A stretch of DNA of 64,000 nucleotides from a phage: the sequence record PZ386965.1. The stretch is one strand, 5' to 3'. Below, piece after piece: positions 12,959-21,874 of the stretch. Made by a program: the position numbers and the translations under genes. Under the pieces are notes generated by a model that was not told the origin of the DNA, made no database searches, and saw only the letters and a list, made by a program, of their open reading frames with translations. How positions within the stretch are numbered: the stretch's first letter is position 1; each line of letters opens with the position of its first letter.

Positions 12959-13210
12959 TTAGAACTTGATTTCTATCCAATGACCATCACGCTGGTCGTG
13001 ATTAATTTTATACTGAAAGCCATTATCACGTAACCACTGTCCGACTTGCTCGGTGATAGTTAAATCGTTCTTTGATGGATAGTACGTGAATTGTGTCTGG
13101 CCTTTGTCAGCGGCTTTCTCTGCCATCGCAGAGAAGTTAGTAATAAAATCTTTCAACAAATTGGCTTTAGTGGCCAGGGCCCTTTCTCTTAATTCCTGTG
13201 CAAAACTCAT
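12959..13210 (-). CDS. hypothetical protein (position of T4 24.2)
   Basis: 83-aa ORF with ATG start, coupled to the upstream ORF. Confidence 0.6.
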   Translation of the reverse strand: MSFAQELRERALATKANLLKDFITNFSAMAEKAADKGQTQFTYYPSKNDLTITEQVGQWLRDNGFQYKINHDQRDGHWIEIKF

Positions 13211-13401
13211 TTCTTCACCTTTTTGTTAATCAAACGTTTACGGTATACAACTTTTTCTTTTGCTTTAAACTTTGACCGAGCTGTCTCGGCTTTAGTCCAT
13301 AGTAATCCAACTTCTTTAGGTTGTAAACCGATTTTTTGAGCAATTTCTACGAATGAAAATCCCGCCTCATGTAATGTATAAACTTCAACTTCAGCTCTCA
13401 T
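13207..13401 (-). CDS. hypothetical small HTH-like protein (position of T4 24.3)
   Basis: Track ORF begins at TTG; the internal ATG gives a 64-aa product with a basic C-terminus. Confidence 0.55.
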   Translation of the reverse strand: MRAEVEVYTLHEAGFSFVEIAQKIGLQPKEVGLLWTKAETARSKFKAKEKVVYRKRLINKKVKK

Positions 13402-13477
13402 AATCAATCCCGTATTATTTGGTTTGTGCCATTATATACATCAATCTCAAGTTGTGTTTTGTATGCTTTAAAAACGA

Positions 13478-13497
13478 AGAAAGGGGCCGAAGCCCCT
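13478..13497 (-). terminator. terminator downstream of hoc
   Basis: AGGGGC-UUCG-GCCCCU on the minus transcript, then a U-run. Confidence 0.7.
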
Positions 13498-13502
13498 TTC
13501 GA

Positions 13503-14921
13503 TTATGGATATGTATAGATGATACCAGTTTCCAAAGCAGTTTTATGGATGATGTATCCATTACGTGATTCTTGAACATCAACTTCTGGATAGTCTTTCA
13601 TCATTTTCTGAAGAGTGTAACGATGCAGGTAGTATTTACTATCTGGATCTTCAGTTTTCCAATCTTTACCTTCTTCAGTCATTTTTTGGATTTCATCCAT
13701 AACCCACCATCCGCACCAGATGTAAGCTGAAGTACGATGTGGAAGAGGATGAACATAAGGTAGTTCACCTTCTGGTTCTGGAGCAACTTTATCGGTTACC
13801 TGAACTTGACCTTCTGCTGTAATAGTTTTGCTATCGTAATCAGTTGCAGTAATAGTTGCAGTAACTTCAATAGTTTGACTTCCAATAGATGAGGTATCAA
13901 CAGTATATACATTAGTTGACCCTTCTACAGGAGAAGAATCTTTCTTCCATGAATACGCAATTTGCGCTTCTTCTGGAGCATCCGTAACATTAGCAGTAAA
14001 TGTAGCCGAAGCATCTTGCTGAACGTTAATAGAAGGAGGAGTCAATGTAACCCGTGGATTCATTGTCTTCTTATTAACCGTTAATGATACTTCATTCGAA
14101 GTAACTTCCTTTGCATCATAATCTGTCGCGGTTACTTGGGCTACACATTTAATTCTTTTTACTCCACTTGTAGTCGGAGTATAGCTAAATGTAGAGTTAG
14201 TTTCTCCACCAACCTGTGAATCATCTACATACCACTGATACGTAGCAGACGCTCCAACCGGTTGAGAAGCTAAGGCAGCAGTAAATTGAATAGCTGTTCC
14301 AATTACTCCGGCTGAAGGACTATTGGGAGTTACTGCCAACGTAGTTGTCTGTGTCTTTTTATTAACAGTCAGTGACACTTCATTAGAAGTAACGCTTAGT
14401 GCGTCATAATCTGTTGCGGTTACTTGAGCCACACACTTAATTCTTTTTACCCCGCTTTCGGCAGGAGTGTAATTGAACGTAGCGTTAGTTGCTTCGCCAA
14501 CAGGAGAATCATCTACATACCATTGATAAGTAGCGTTTGCGCCTGATGGCTGCGAAGCTAAAGCGGCAGTAAATTGAATAGCTGTTCCTATTACTCCAGC
14601 GTCAGGGCTATTAGGAGTTACAGCTAAGGTAGTCGTTTGTGTCTTGTTTTGAACTGTGATAGTTGTAGTAGCTTCTGCTGTTTCAGCTTCAGCTTCTGGA
14701 ACTGTATTTGTTGCAACTACTTTAATAGTCTTTTGACCGGCAGGTCCTTTTAGTACATAACTAAAAGTTGCTTCAGCTCCATCTTGTGGAACATCATCCA
14801 CAGACCAAGCATATGTAATAGGTCCATCTCCAGTTTGACCACTGGGTGTAGCAGTAAACTGCTTAGTCTCATCTATAACTCCAGTAGGTGTTTTAGGAGT
14901 TATATCAACTGTAAAAGCCAT
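13503..14921 (-). CDS. hoc: Hoc outer capsid decoration protein with an extra Ig-like domain
   Basis: 472 aa against 376 aa in T4; Ig-like repeats with a near-identical 96-aa tandem duplication; C-terminal capsid-binding region. Confidence 0.9.
   Translation of the reverse strand: MAFTVDITPKTPTGVIDETKQFTATPSGQTGDGPITYAWSVDDVPQDGAEATFSYVLKGPAGQKTIKVVATNTVPEAEAETAEATTTITVQNKTQTTTLAVTPNSPDAGVIGTAIQFTAALASQPSGANATYQWYVDDSPVGEATNATFNYTPAESGVKRIKCVAQVTATDYDALSVTSNEVSLTVNKKTQTTTLAVTPNSPSAGVIGTAIQFTAALASQPVGASATYQWYVDDSQVGGETNSTFSYTPTTSGVKRIKCVAQVTATDYDAKEVTSNEVSLTVNKKTMNPRVTLTPPSINVQQDASATFTANVTDAPEEAQIAYSWKKDSSPVEGSTNVYTVDTSSIGSQTIEVTATITATDYDSKTITAEGQVQVTDKVAPEPEGELPYVHPLPHRTSAYIWCGWWVMDEIQKMTEEGKDWKTEDPDSKYYLHRYTLQKMMKDYPEVDVQESRNGYIIHKTALETGIIYTYP
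14067..14642 (-). repeat. tandem duplication (2 x 288 nt) encoding Ig-like domains inside hoc
   Basis: Protein residues 94-189 and 190-285 are about 85-90 percent identical; the nucleotide repeat is visible directly. Confidence 0.85.
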
Positions 14922-14930
14922 AACTTATCC

Positions 14931-15599
14931 TTATTTTAATGTTACGAAAGAAGAATTACGAGTTTCACGAATTAGAACTGATCCATCGCGATTAATATAA
15001 TAAATTAAGCTAAATAATGTTTGGTGAGCAGAAGCATGCACAAAACTAGTTGGGCGAGATTTCCAATCTGGGGTTTCGGCTATCCATTGATAAATCCACC
15101 AAGGAACAGTAACATACCCTGGGCCTTTGCCTAATTTAATGAGTGTAGGACTAAAATTTTCAGGCAGAACAAAATTTACTTCTTTATTTACCTCTGTCTC
15201 AGGCTCTTTTTCAGATTCAACAACACGAGTAATTGCTTCTTCGAATTTATCGTGGTCGAATTCTTTTTCTTGTTCAACAACTTCTAATACTTCAACTTGT
15301 TCTGTCGGAGAATCAAACAACAGAATAGCTTCTTCTTTAACTTCTTCGTTGGTGAAATTAACACCATCCACATCATCTGCGGCAGTAATTAAATCGGTGA
15401 TAGATAATCCATCAGTTTCAGGTAATGGTTCATCAGCCAGTGCGTTAAGAGCTTCTTCGATATCAATAACAATATTATCGAATGATTTTGTTTTCTTAAC
15501 ACTAATACCAAATTGTTCCGCATATTCAAACAGTTTAGCTTTGGCTTCCTTTTTATCAGAAAGAGCACGTAACTCTTCAATATAGTCTTTATCGATCAT
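14931..15599 (-). CDS. inh: Inh, inhibitor of prohead protease
   Basis: 222 aa, acidic, T4 Inh size and position next to hoc. Confidence 0.85.
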   Translation of the reverse strand: MIDKDYIEELRALSDKKEAKAKLFEYAEQFGISVKKTKSFDNIVIDIEEALNALADEPLPETDGLSITDLITAADDVDGVNFTNEEVKEEAILLFDSPTEQVEVLEVVEQEKEFDHDKFEEAITRVVESEKEPETEVNKEVNFVLPENFSPTLIKLGKGPGYVTVPWWIYQWIAETPDWKSRPTSFVHASAHQTLFSLIYYINRDGSVLIRETRNSSFVTLK

Positions 15600-15612
15600 G
15601 ATATTTCCTCAT

Positions 15613-15620
15613 TATAAATA
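15613..15620 (+). promoter_or_regulatory. T4 late promoter upstream of uvsW
   Basis: TATAAATA about 30 nt upstream of the ATG. Confidence 0.6.
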
Positions 15621-15649
15621 TAACTATATTTATTACATGGTAATTTGAC

Positions 15650-17164
15650 ATGACTGACATTAAAGTACATTTTTATGATTTTAGTCACGTGCGCATTGAA
15701 TGCGACGAAAGTACGTTTTACGAACTTCGTGACTTTTTTAGCTTTGAAGCTGACGGGTATAAATTTAACCCAAAATATCGCTATGGGCATTGGGATGGTA
15801 GAATTCGACTTTTAGATTACAACCGTTTGTTACCATATGGACTTGTAGGTCAAATAAAAAAGTTCTGTAACAATATGAGTTATTCTGTATGGATTGACCC
15901 TAAAATCTTTGAGACTGAAGACCTTACCAGGGAAGATTTTGACGCGTGGCTTTCTAAACAAGAAATTTATTCAGGCAACGCCAAAATCGAACCACATTGG
16001 TATCAAAAAGATGCAGTATATGAAGGTCTGGTTAATCGTCGTCGAATTTTAAACCTTCCGACATCAGCAGGTAAATCACTAATACAAGCACTTTTAGCTC
16101 GGTATTATCTAGAGAACTATGAAGGTAAAATTCTCATTATCGTCCCTACAACAGCATTGACAACCCAGATGGCTAATGATTTTGTTGATTATCGCTTGTT
16201 TAGTCATTCGATGATTAAGAAAATTGGCGGTGGTGCTGATAAAGCGGACAAATCTAAAAACGACGCTCCAATTATTGTTGGCACATGGCAAACGGTAGTT
16301 AAGCAGCCTAAAGAATGGTTCTCTCAGTTCGGTATGATGATGAACGATGAATGCCACTTAGCAACAGGCAAAAGTATTTCTTCAATCATCTCAGGATTAA
16401 ATAATTGCATGTTTAAATTCGGTTTATCTGGCTCATTAAGAGACGGAAAAGCCAATGTAATGCAGTACGTAGGTATGTTCGGCGAAATCTTCCGTCCTGT
16501 TAGCACGTCTAAATTAATGGAAGACGGACAGGTAACTGAGCTTAAGATTAATAGTATTTTCCTTCGTTATCCGGACGAATTCACTGTTAAATTAAAAGGT
16601 AAAACATACCAAGAAGAAGTTAAAATTATTACCGGACTAAAACGACGTACAAAGTGGATTGCTCAACTTTCGGTCAAATTGGCTAAGAAAGACGAGAACG
16701 CCTTTGTAATGTTTAAACACGTTACACACGGTAAAGAAATATTTGAAGCTATTAAAGAGCTTGGATACGAAAAAGTTTATTACGTATCAGGTGAAGTTGA
16801 TACTGAAACACGTAACGCGCTTAAAGTCATGGCAGAAAATGGTAAAGGCATTATTATTGTTGCATCATATGGAGTATTCTCTACTGGTATTTCAGTTAAG
16901 AATCTTCATCATGTTATTTTTGCCCATGGTGTTAAATCAAAAATTATCGTACTTCAAACCGTAGGTCGTGTGCTTCGTAAGCATGGTTCTAAAGCTGTTG
17001 CTACAGTTTGGGATCTCATCGATGACGCAGGTGTAAAACCTAAATCATTAAATACTAAAAAGAAGTATACTCATCTTAATTACTTGTTAAAACACGGTAT
17101 TGATCGTATCCAACGTTACGCTGATGAGAAATTTAACTATGTAATGAAAACAATTAATTTATAA
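15650..17164 (+). CDS. uvsW: UvsW RNA-DNA and DNA-DNA helicase
   Basis: 504 aa, T4 UvsW-like; SF2 helicase motifs (TSAGKS Walker A, DECH box). Confidence 0.93.
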   Translation: MTDIKVHFYDFSHVRIECDESTFYELRDFFSFEADGYKFNPKYRYGHWDGRIRLLDYNRLLPYGLVGQIKKFCNNMSYSVWIDPKIFETEDLTREDFDAWLSKQEIYSGNAKIEPHWYQKDAVYEGLVNRRRILNLPTSAGKSLIQALLARYYLENYEGKILIIVPTTALTTQMANDFVDYRLFSHSMIKKIGGGADKADKSKNDAPIIVGTWQTVVKQPKEWFSQFGMMMNDECHLATGKSISSIISGLNNCMFKFGLSGSLRDGKANVMQYVGMFGEIFRPVSTSKLMEDGQVTELKINSIFLRYPDEFTVKLKGKTYQEEVKIITGLKRRTKWIAQLSVKLAKKDENAFVMFKHVTHGKEIFEAIKELGYEKVYYVSGEVDTETRNALKVMAENGKGIIIVASYGVFSTGISVKNLHHVIFAHGVKSKIIVLQTVGRVLRKHGSKAVATVWDLIDDAGVKPKSLNTKKKYTHLNYLLKHGIDRIQRYADEKFNYVMKTINL

Positions 17165-17189
17165 GGGCTTCGGCCCTTAGGAGATAAAA

Positions 17190-17423
17190 ATGGTACTTGA
17201 ATTTAAACAATTTTTATACGAAGCATCTATTGACGAATTCATGGGTAAAATTGCTAATTGTCATACCCTAGAAGGGCTTGAAGAATTGGAAGCTTATTAT
17301 AAGAAACGTATAAAAGAAACGGAATTAAAAGATACAGATGATATTTCTGTCAGGGATGCCTTAGCAGGTAAGCGTGCCGAACTTGAAGGCGACGATGATG
17401 AGGATGAGGAAGAAGACTTCTAA
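17190..17423 (+). CDS. uvsW.1: UvsW.1 small acidic protein
   Basis: 77 aa, acidic C-terminal tail, immediately after uvsW. Confidence 0.8.
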   Translation: MVLEFKQFLYEASIDEFMGKIANCHTLEGLEELEAYYKKRIKETELKDTDDISVRDALAGKRAELEGDDDEDEEEDF

Positions 17424-17481
17424 TTAAAAAAAGGCCCGACCTTTTTGGAAGGGCCAAAAACCATAGGCAAAAAAGGTAACA

Positions 17482-17649
17482 CTATAGTAAAAGTTGGGTT
17501 TCGTTCAATTGCTCTTCTGAACTTTCTGAAACCGGCAATTGTTGTACATAATTATAACAAGGACCAGGATGTGCTGGACCTTTGTCTGTTTCAACAACCA
17601 ATGCAGAATCGATTGGAGTTTTACAGACAACACAAATCTTATCTGACAT
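17482..17649 (-). CDS. small Cys-containing protein (55 aa), not in the ORF track
   Basis: ATG preceded by GGAGG; translation MSDKICVVCKTPIDSALVVETDKGPAHPGPCYNYVQQLPVSESSEEQLNETQLLL; CxxC plus downstream Cys suggests a zinc ribbon; fills the gap before the next minus-strand ORF. Confidence 0.5.
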   Translation of the reverse strand: MSDKICVVCKTPIDSALVVETDKGPAHPGPCYNYVQQLPVSESSEEQLNETQLLL

Positions 17650-17681
17650 GATTGCCTCCTAAGTTGAAATTACATATCTAT

Positions 17682-17906
17682 TTATACTACTCGCATGCAC
17701 ATATCAATACCCATATCTTTTGTATAAAAATACTCGTCGATGTACCCAGCAAACTTCCCTTTAATATAAAGGACGTCTTCACCACAAGGGTGGTCTGCCA
17801 GGATACGAATATCCTGACGTCGTAGACGATACTTTTCCATTAAGAATTTAATTTCGGTTTCAAATTCTTCATCATTATTAAAGGCATCTTCAATTGAATA
17901 ACGCAT
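17682..17906 (-). CDS. hypothetical protein (uvsY.-1/-2 type)
   Basis: 74-aa ORF, ATG start, directly downstream of uvsY on the same strand. Confidence 0.7.
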   Translation of the reverse strand: MRYSIEDAFNNDEEFETEIKFLMEKYRLRRQDIRILADHPCGEDVLYIKGKFAGYIDEYFYTKDMGIDMCMRVV

Positions 17907-18319
17907 TATTGCCCCGCTTCAAATTCTCGCATATCTTGAATATGTTTAAGTGCAAAACTACGAGACTTAACTGCGTCAAGTGCCCCACTACAGAACTCAA
18001 GTAAAATTCCCCAGTATTGTAAAGTAGTCTCTATTTTAAGCACATCTTTATCTGCAGCCAGGACAGTTTTCATTTCAGATTTCTCATATCGGTCCATACT
18101 GAATTCATCACCATCACCTCGTCCCGAGTAGTAGTCTAATCTTGCTTTTAGAGCAGTTTTCTTCTGAGTCTCTATACGCAACATTTCTTTACGAATAAAT
18201 GAGTGCTTACGTAGCCATTTGCTGTATAACTTAACATTATTCGCCGTTTCATATTGCAACTTTGTCGTATCAATAGCTAAGTCTGCGTCTAACTCTTCCT
18301 GTAAATCTTCCAGCTTCAT
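17906..18319 (-). CDS. uvsY: UvsY recombination mediator
   Basis: Internal ATG gives a 137-aa product starting MKLEDLQEEL, matching T4 UvsY; MotA-type middle promoter upstream. Confidence 0.92.
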   Translation of the reverse strand: MKLEDLQEELDADLAIDTTKLQYETANNVKLYSKWLRKHSFIRKEMLRIETQKKTALKARLDYYSGRGDGDEFSMDRYEKSEMKTVLAADKDVLKIETTLQYWGILLEFCSGALDAVKSRSFALKHIQDMREFEAGQ

Positions 18320-18373
18320 AATGTTCTCTCTTTTAACTAATAATCTCCCGGCTGTATCGGAAGGACCTAAAAC

Positions 18374-18401
18374 CATTATACATAGGTTGCCTTGAAGCAT
18401 T
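18374..18401 (-). promoter_or_regulatory. MotA-dependent middle promoter for uvsY
   Basis: Minus strand AATGCTTCA MotA box, 12-nt spacer, TATAAT. Confidence 0.55.
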
Positions 18402-18798
18402 ACACTCTATTGCTTGACGCTAACTGAAGTTTGATTTGTTCGATATCATCAGGGTTATCTACGACCGAAAATCTAATCTCTACTATAACTGTATAGTCAT
18501 CATATACTGGCGTTACACTTACAGAAAGTTTGTCGATGCGCGGCTCATAGTTACGGACGGCTGCCTGGATATTACGCTCAATCGTATCGGCTGTAAGTGG
18601 TGTCATGTTCTCGAAAAGTTCATCAACCAAATCGCATCCAAATTCAGGGTCGAAGGGGCGTGAGCCTTTTCTAGTTGTCACTATGCCAAGAAGACTATTT
18701 TTAATAGAACGAAGTCCTACAGAACGAGCAACGTCCTTGTTCCAATCCATACGCATTTCTGGGTCGATATCTGAATAAAGTTTATTGATATTAGACAT
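18400..18798 (-). CDS. 25: baseplate wedge protein gp25
   Basis: 132 aa, near-identical to T4 gp25. Confidence 0.95.
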   Translation of the reverse strand: MSNINKLYSDIDPEMRMDWNKDVARSVGLRSIKNSLLGIVTTRKGSRPFDPEFGCDLVDELFENMTPLTADTIERNIQAAVRNYEPRIDKLSVSVTPVYDDYTVIVEIRFSVVDNPDDIEQIKLQLASSNRV

Positions 18799-19424
18799 TA
18801 TAGTAACTCAAAGAATTCTTTGAGGCCTCGTATTGTGTGAACGTGTGACGCCCCACATTTGGGACATTTAATAGGGGTTGCCAGATAAATTGATGGCGAC
18901 ACCAAAAGATTTTTAATATTGATCATATCATCTTCTGTTATAAGGCCGTAAAGGTCGTTTATTTCTGCTTCAGTTAAATCTTCAACAGGGATGGACTCTC
19001 CATTGACAAAAACGGCCTCAATACATGAAGCAATCATTAATGCGATATTTTTATCATCAAATAATTTAGGTTGACGGAACTTAATTTTAATACCACTGAA
19101 CGAATACCAGGGATCGGCCTGTTCATCTAATTGAGTGTGCAATAAATTCATATAGACTTGAAATGAATGCCCACAGGAACAATTCCAGGTGTGTTCTTGA
19201 TTCACTTCGCCTAATGAATGTGCCCACAGATTTACCAACAATAACTCGGCTTCTTGTTTAGTCAAGTTTTTAGCATTAGAGCAATTAGTGATAATATTGT
19301 TCACTGCTGATTCAATAGTACCGGTAGCCCGCGCACCTATGAGTCCTAAATATTCTTTTAAAGTAAAGGCTCTACAATTCACTTCTTTATCGCCTAAACG
19401 TACGGTAAACGTATATTTGTACAT
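18798..19424 (-). CDS. 26: baseplate hub protein gp26
   Basis: 208 aa, T4 gp26 size; late promoter divergent from gene 51. Confidence 0.9.
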   Translation of the reverse strand: MYKYTFTVRLGDKEVNCRAFTLKEYLGLIGARATGTIESAVNNIITNCSNAKNLTKQEAELLLVNLWAHSLGEVNQEHTWNCSCGHSFQVYMNLLHTQLDEQADPWYSFSGIKIKFRQPKLFDDKNIALMIASCIEAVFVNGESIPVEDLTEAEINDLYGLITEDDMINIKNLLVSPSIYLATPIKCPKCGASHVHTIRGLKEFFELL

Positions 19425-19442
19425 GTTAACTCCTTTATTGTG

Positions 19443-19454
19443 TATTTATAAATA
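19443..19454. promoter_or_regulatory. overlapping divergent late promoters for genes 26 and 51
   Basis: TATTTATAAATA contains TATAAATA on both strands. Confidence 0.65.
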
Positions 19455-19471
19455 ATAGAAAAGGAGTAATT

Positions 19472-20224
19472 ATGGCTAATATAATTCGTTGTAAATTACC
19501 GGATGGTGTTCATCGTTTCAAGCCGTTCACCGTAGCGGATTATAGAGACTTTTTACTAGTTAGAAATGATATCGAACATCGTTCGCCACAAGAACAAAAA
19601 GAAATAATTGCCGATCTGATTGATGATTATTTTAACGAATACCCTAAAACATGGCAACCATTTATATTCCTGCAAGTTTTCGCAGGCTCTATAGGCAAAA
19701 CAAAAGTTCCCGTTATTTTCACTTGCCCTAAATGCTCTAAAGAAAAAACTGCACCATTTGAGATATATCAAAAAGAACTAGTCGAACCTGAACTTGATGT
19801 TGCTGGTATAAAAATACGTTTTTCTTTCCCTGAAAAGTTTTATGACAACAAAGCATTAATGATAAGTGAAAACATAAAAGAAATATATTATAACGATGAA
19901 TGGTACCCATGGAATGATTTGACTGAAGAGAACCAAATCCAAGTAATAGAAGCAATAGACATTGACTCGCTCGAGAAGGTTATTGCTTCTATGAACCCTA
20001 TTAATTTGACCCTTAGATTAGGTTGTTGTGAACATCATGTTAAAACATATACTGATATCTTAGAGGTTTTTAAATTGTTAGTTAACCCTGATGAGATTTT
20101 TACATTCTATCAGATAAACCATTCACTAGTAAAGAGTCAATACACATTGGATTCTATTATGCAAATGATTCCTGTTGAACGTGGTATTGCTTTAACATTA
20201 GTAGAAAAGGACCATAAAAAATGA
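19472..20224 (+). CDS. 51: baseplate hub assembly catalyst gp51
   Basis: 250 aa, T4 gp51 size and position. Confidence 0.9.
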   Translation: MANIIRCKLPDGVHRFKPFTVADYRDFLLVRNDIEHRSPQEQKEIIADLIDDYFNEYPKTWQPFIFLQVFAGSIGKTKVPVIFTCPKCSKEKTAPFEIYQKELVEPELDVAGIKIRFSFPEKFYDNKALMISENIKEIYYNDEWYPWNDLTEENQIQVIEAIDIDSLEKVIASMNPINLTLRLGCCEHHVKTYTDILEVFKLLVNPDEIFTFYQINHSLVKSQYTLDSIMQMIPVERGIALTLVEKDHKK

Positions 20225-21393
20225 CAGTATTCCAACGTCCAGGATATCCTAACTTAAGCGTTAAATTATACCAAGATTATTCGGCTTGGCAAGAAAATAG
20301 ATACGTTGAACTCGCAGCAACAATAACAACTTTAACCATGCGAGATTCGCTATATGGAAGAAATGAAGGGATTCTTCAATTTTATGACACTAAAAACATC
20401 CACACTAAAATGGATGGTAGACAGATAGTCCAAATCTCTGTTTCAAATTCAAACACACCTCTCCAAGTTAGAACTCGAATTTACGGATGTAGACATTATT
20501 CTGTGTCTGTGGACTCAAAAGGTGACAATATTATTGCAATTGAGCTTGGAACAATACATTCTATAGAGAACCTTAAATTTGGGCGACCGTTCTTTCCAGA
20601 CGCAGGAGAATCTATACGTGAAATGTTAGGTGTCATATACAAAGACCGTACGTTAATTACTCCGCCAATAAACACTATTAATGCTTATGTTCCTGATATT
20701 CCTTGGACAAGCACATTTGATGATTATTTGGCATATGTCAGAGAATTAGGACTTGCTACAGCGAGTGATAAGTTCGTATTCGTATGGCAAGATATTTTAG
20801 GCGTAAACATGATTGACTACGATACTCTTATTGGTCAGGAAGGCATTAAGATGATTGTAGGCGAGCCAAATACCGTAGGTCAGTATATTCAAGAGCTTGA
20901 GTATCCATTAGTATGGGATTTCACCTGGATGACTAAAGCTAACCAATTTACAAGAGACCCTATTAAAAACGCCACGATATTCGCTCATTCATTTTTAGAT
21001 ACGTCTATTCCGGTTATTGTTACAGGCGATGGTGATAATGCTATTGTTGTGTCAAGATCCGGTGGATATTCCGAAATGACCTATCGTAATGGATTTGAAG
21101 AAGCAAGTCGTCTTCAGACAATGGCTCAATATGACGGATATGCTAAATGCACTACTACAGGTAATTTTAACATAACGCCTGCTACTAAAATTATATTTGT
21201 TGACCAAAAGAACCAATTCAAATCCGAATTTTACGTAGATGAAGTTATTCATGAGTTATCAAATAACAACTCACAAACTCATCTGTACATGTTTACCAAC
21301 TCAATGGTGTTAGAACCTGTTAACCCAGTTAAGGTTAAAAATGAACTTAAATATGATTCTACCTCTAAAGAAAATAATTCTACCACAGTCTAA
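20221..21393 (+). CDS. 27: baseplate hub protein gp27
   Basis: 390 aa, T4 gp27 size and position. Confidence 0.92.
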   Translation: MTVFQRPGYPNLSVKLYQDYSAWQENRYVELAATITTLTMRDSLYGRNEGILQFYDTKNIHTKMDGRQIVQISVSNSNTPLQVRTRIYGCRHYSVSVDSKGDNIIAIELGTIHSIENLKFGRPFFPDAGESIREMLGVIYKDRTLITPPINTINAYVPDIPWTSTFDDYLAYVRELGLATASDKFVFVWQDILGVNMIDYDTLIGQEGIKMIVGEPNTVGQYIQELEYPLVWDFTWMTKANQFTRDPIKNATIFAHSFLDTSIPVIVTGDGDNAIVVSRSGGYSEMTYRNGFEEASRLQTMAQYDGYAKCTTTGNFNITPATKIIFVDQKNQFKSEFYVDEVIHELSNNNSQTHLYMFTNSMVLEPVNPVKVKNELKYDSTSKENNSTTV

Positions 21394-21874
21394 TAAAAAT
21401 GTAATGATTCCCAAATTAGGGCTAAAACATTATAATCTTTTAAAGGACGTTAAAGGTCCTGATGAAAACATGAAAATCTTAGCTGATTCTATTTGTAAAA
21501 ATATGAGTCCTGCAGATTTTGATTTTGCATGTCTACACATATTGGAATTTAATAACAAACTTAAGTCTGAAGTTGAAAAAGACGGATTCACGTATAAACT
21601 AGATGACGTCTATGTATGCCAACGAACAGAATTCCAATTCCAAGGCAATACTTTTTATTTTAGACCTCCAGGCAAATTTGAACAATTCGCTACAATCAGT
21701 GAAATGCTATCAAATTGCTTAATAAAAGTTAATGACGAAGAGAAAGAAATTTCTTTCCTTGAGATGCCTGCTTTTGTAATCAAATGGGCAGAAGACCTTT
21801 CGACAACTATTGCTATTCCAGGCCCTAATGGCCCTATTAAGGGTATAGCAGAAATTATTGGATTGCTTGAATGA
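21341..21874 (+). CDS. 28: baseplate hub distal protein gp28
   Basis: 177 aa, T4 gp28 size; overlaps the 3-prime end of gene 27. Confidence 0.85.
   Translation: MNLNMILPLKKIILPQSNKNVMIPKLGLKHYNLLKDVKGPDENMKILADSICKNMSPADFDFACLHILEFNNKLKSEVEKDGFTYKLDDVYVCQRTEFQFQGNTFYFRPPGKFEQFATISEMLSNCLIKVNDEEKEISFLEMPAFVIKWAEDLSTTIAIPGPNGPIKGIAEIIGLLE

Noticed and set aside
17445-17651. 68-aa plus-strand ORF from the track in the uvsW.1/uvsY gap
   Set aside because: No RBS, and it lies antisense to a better supported minus-strand ORF with a GGAGG RBS; probably spurious.
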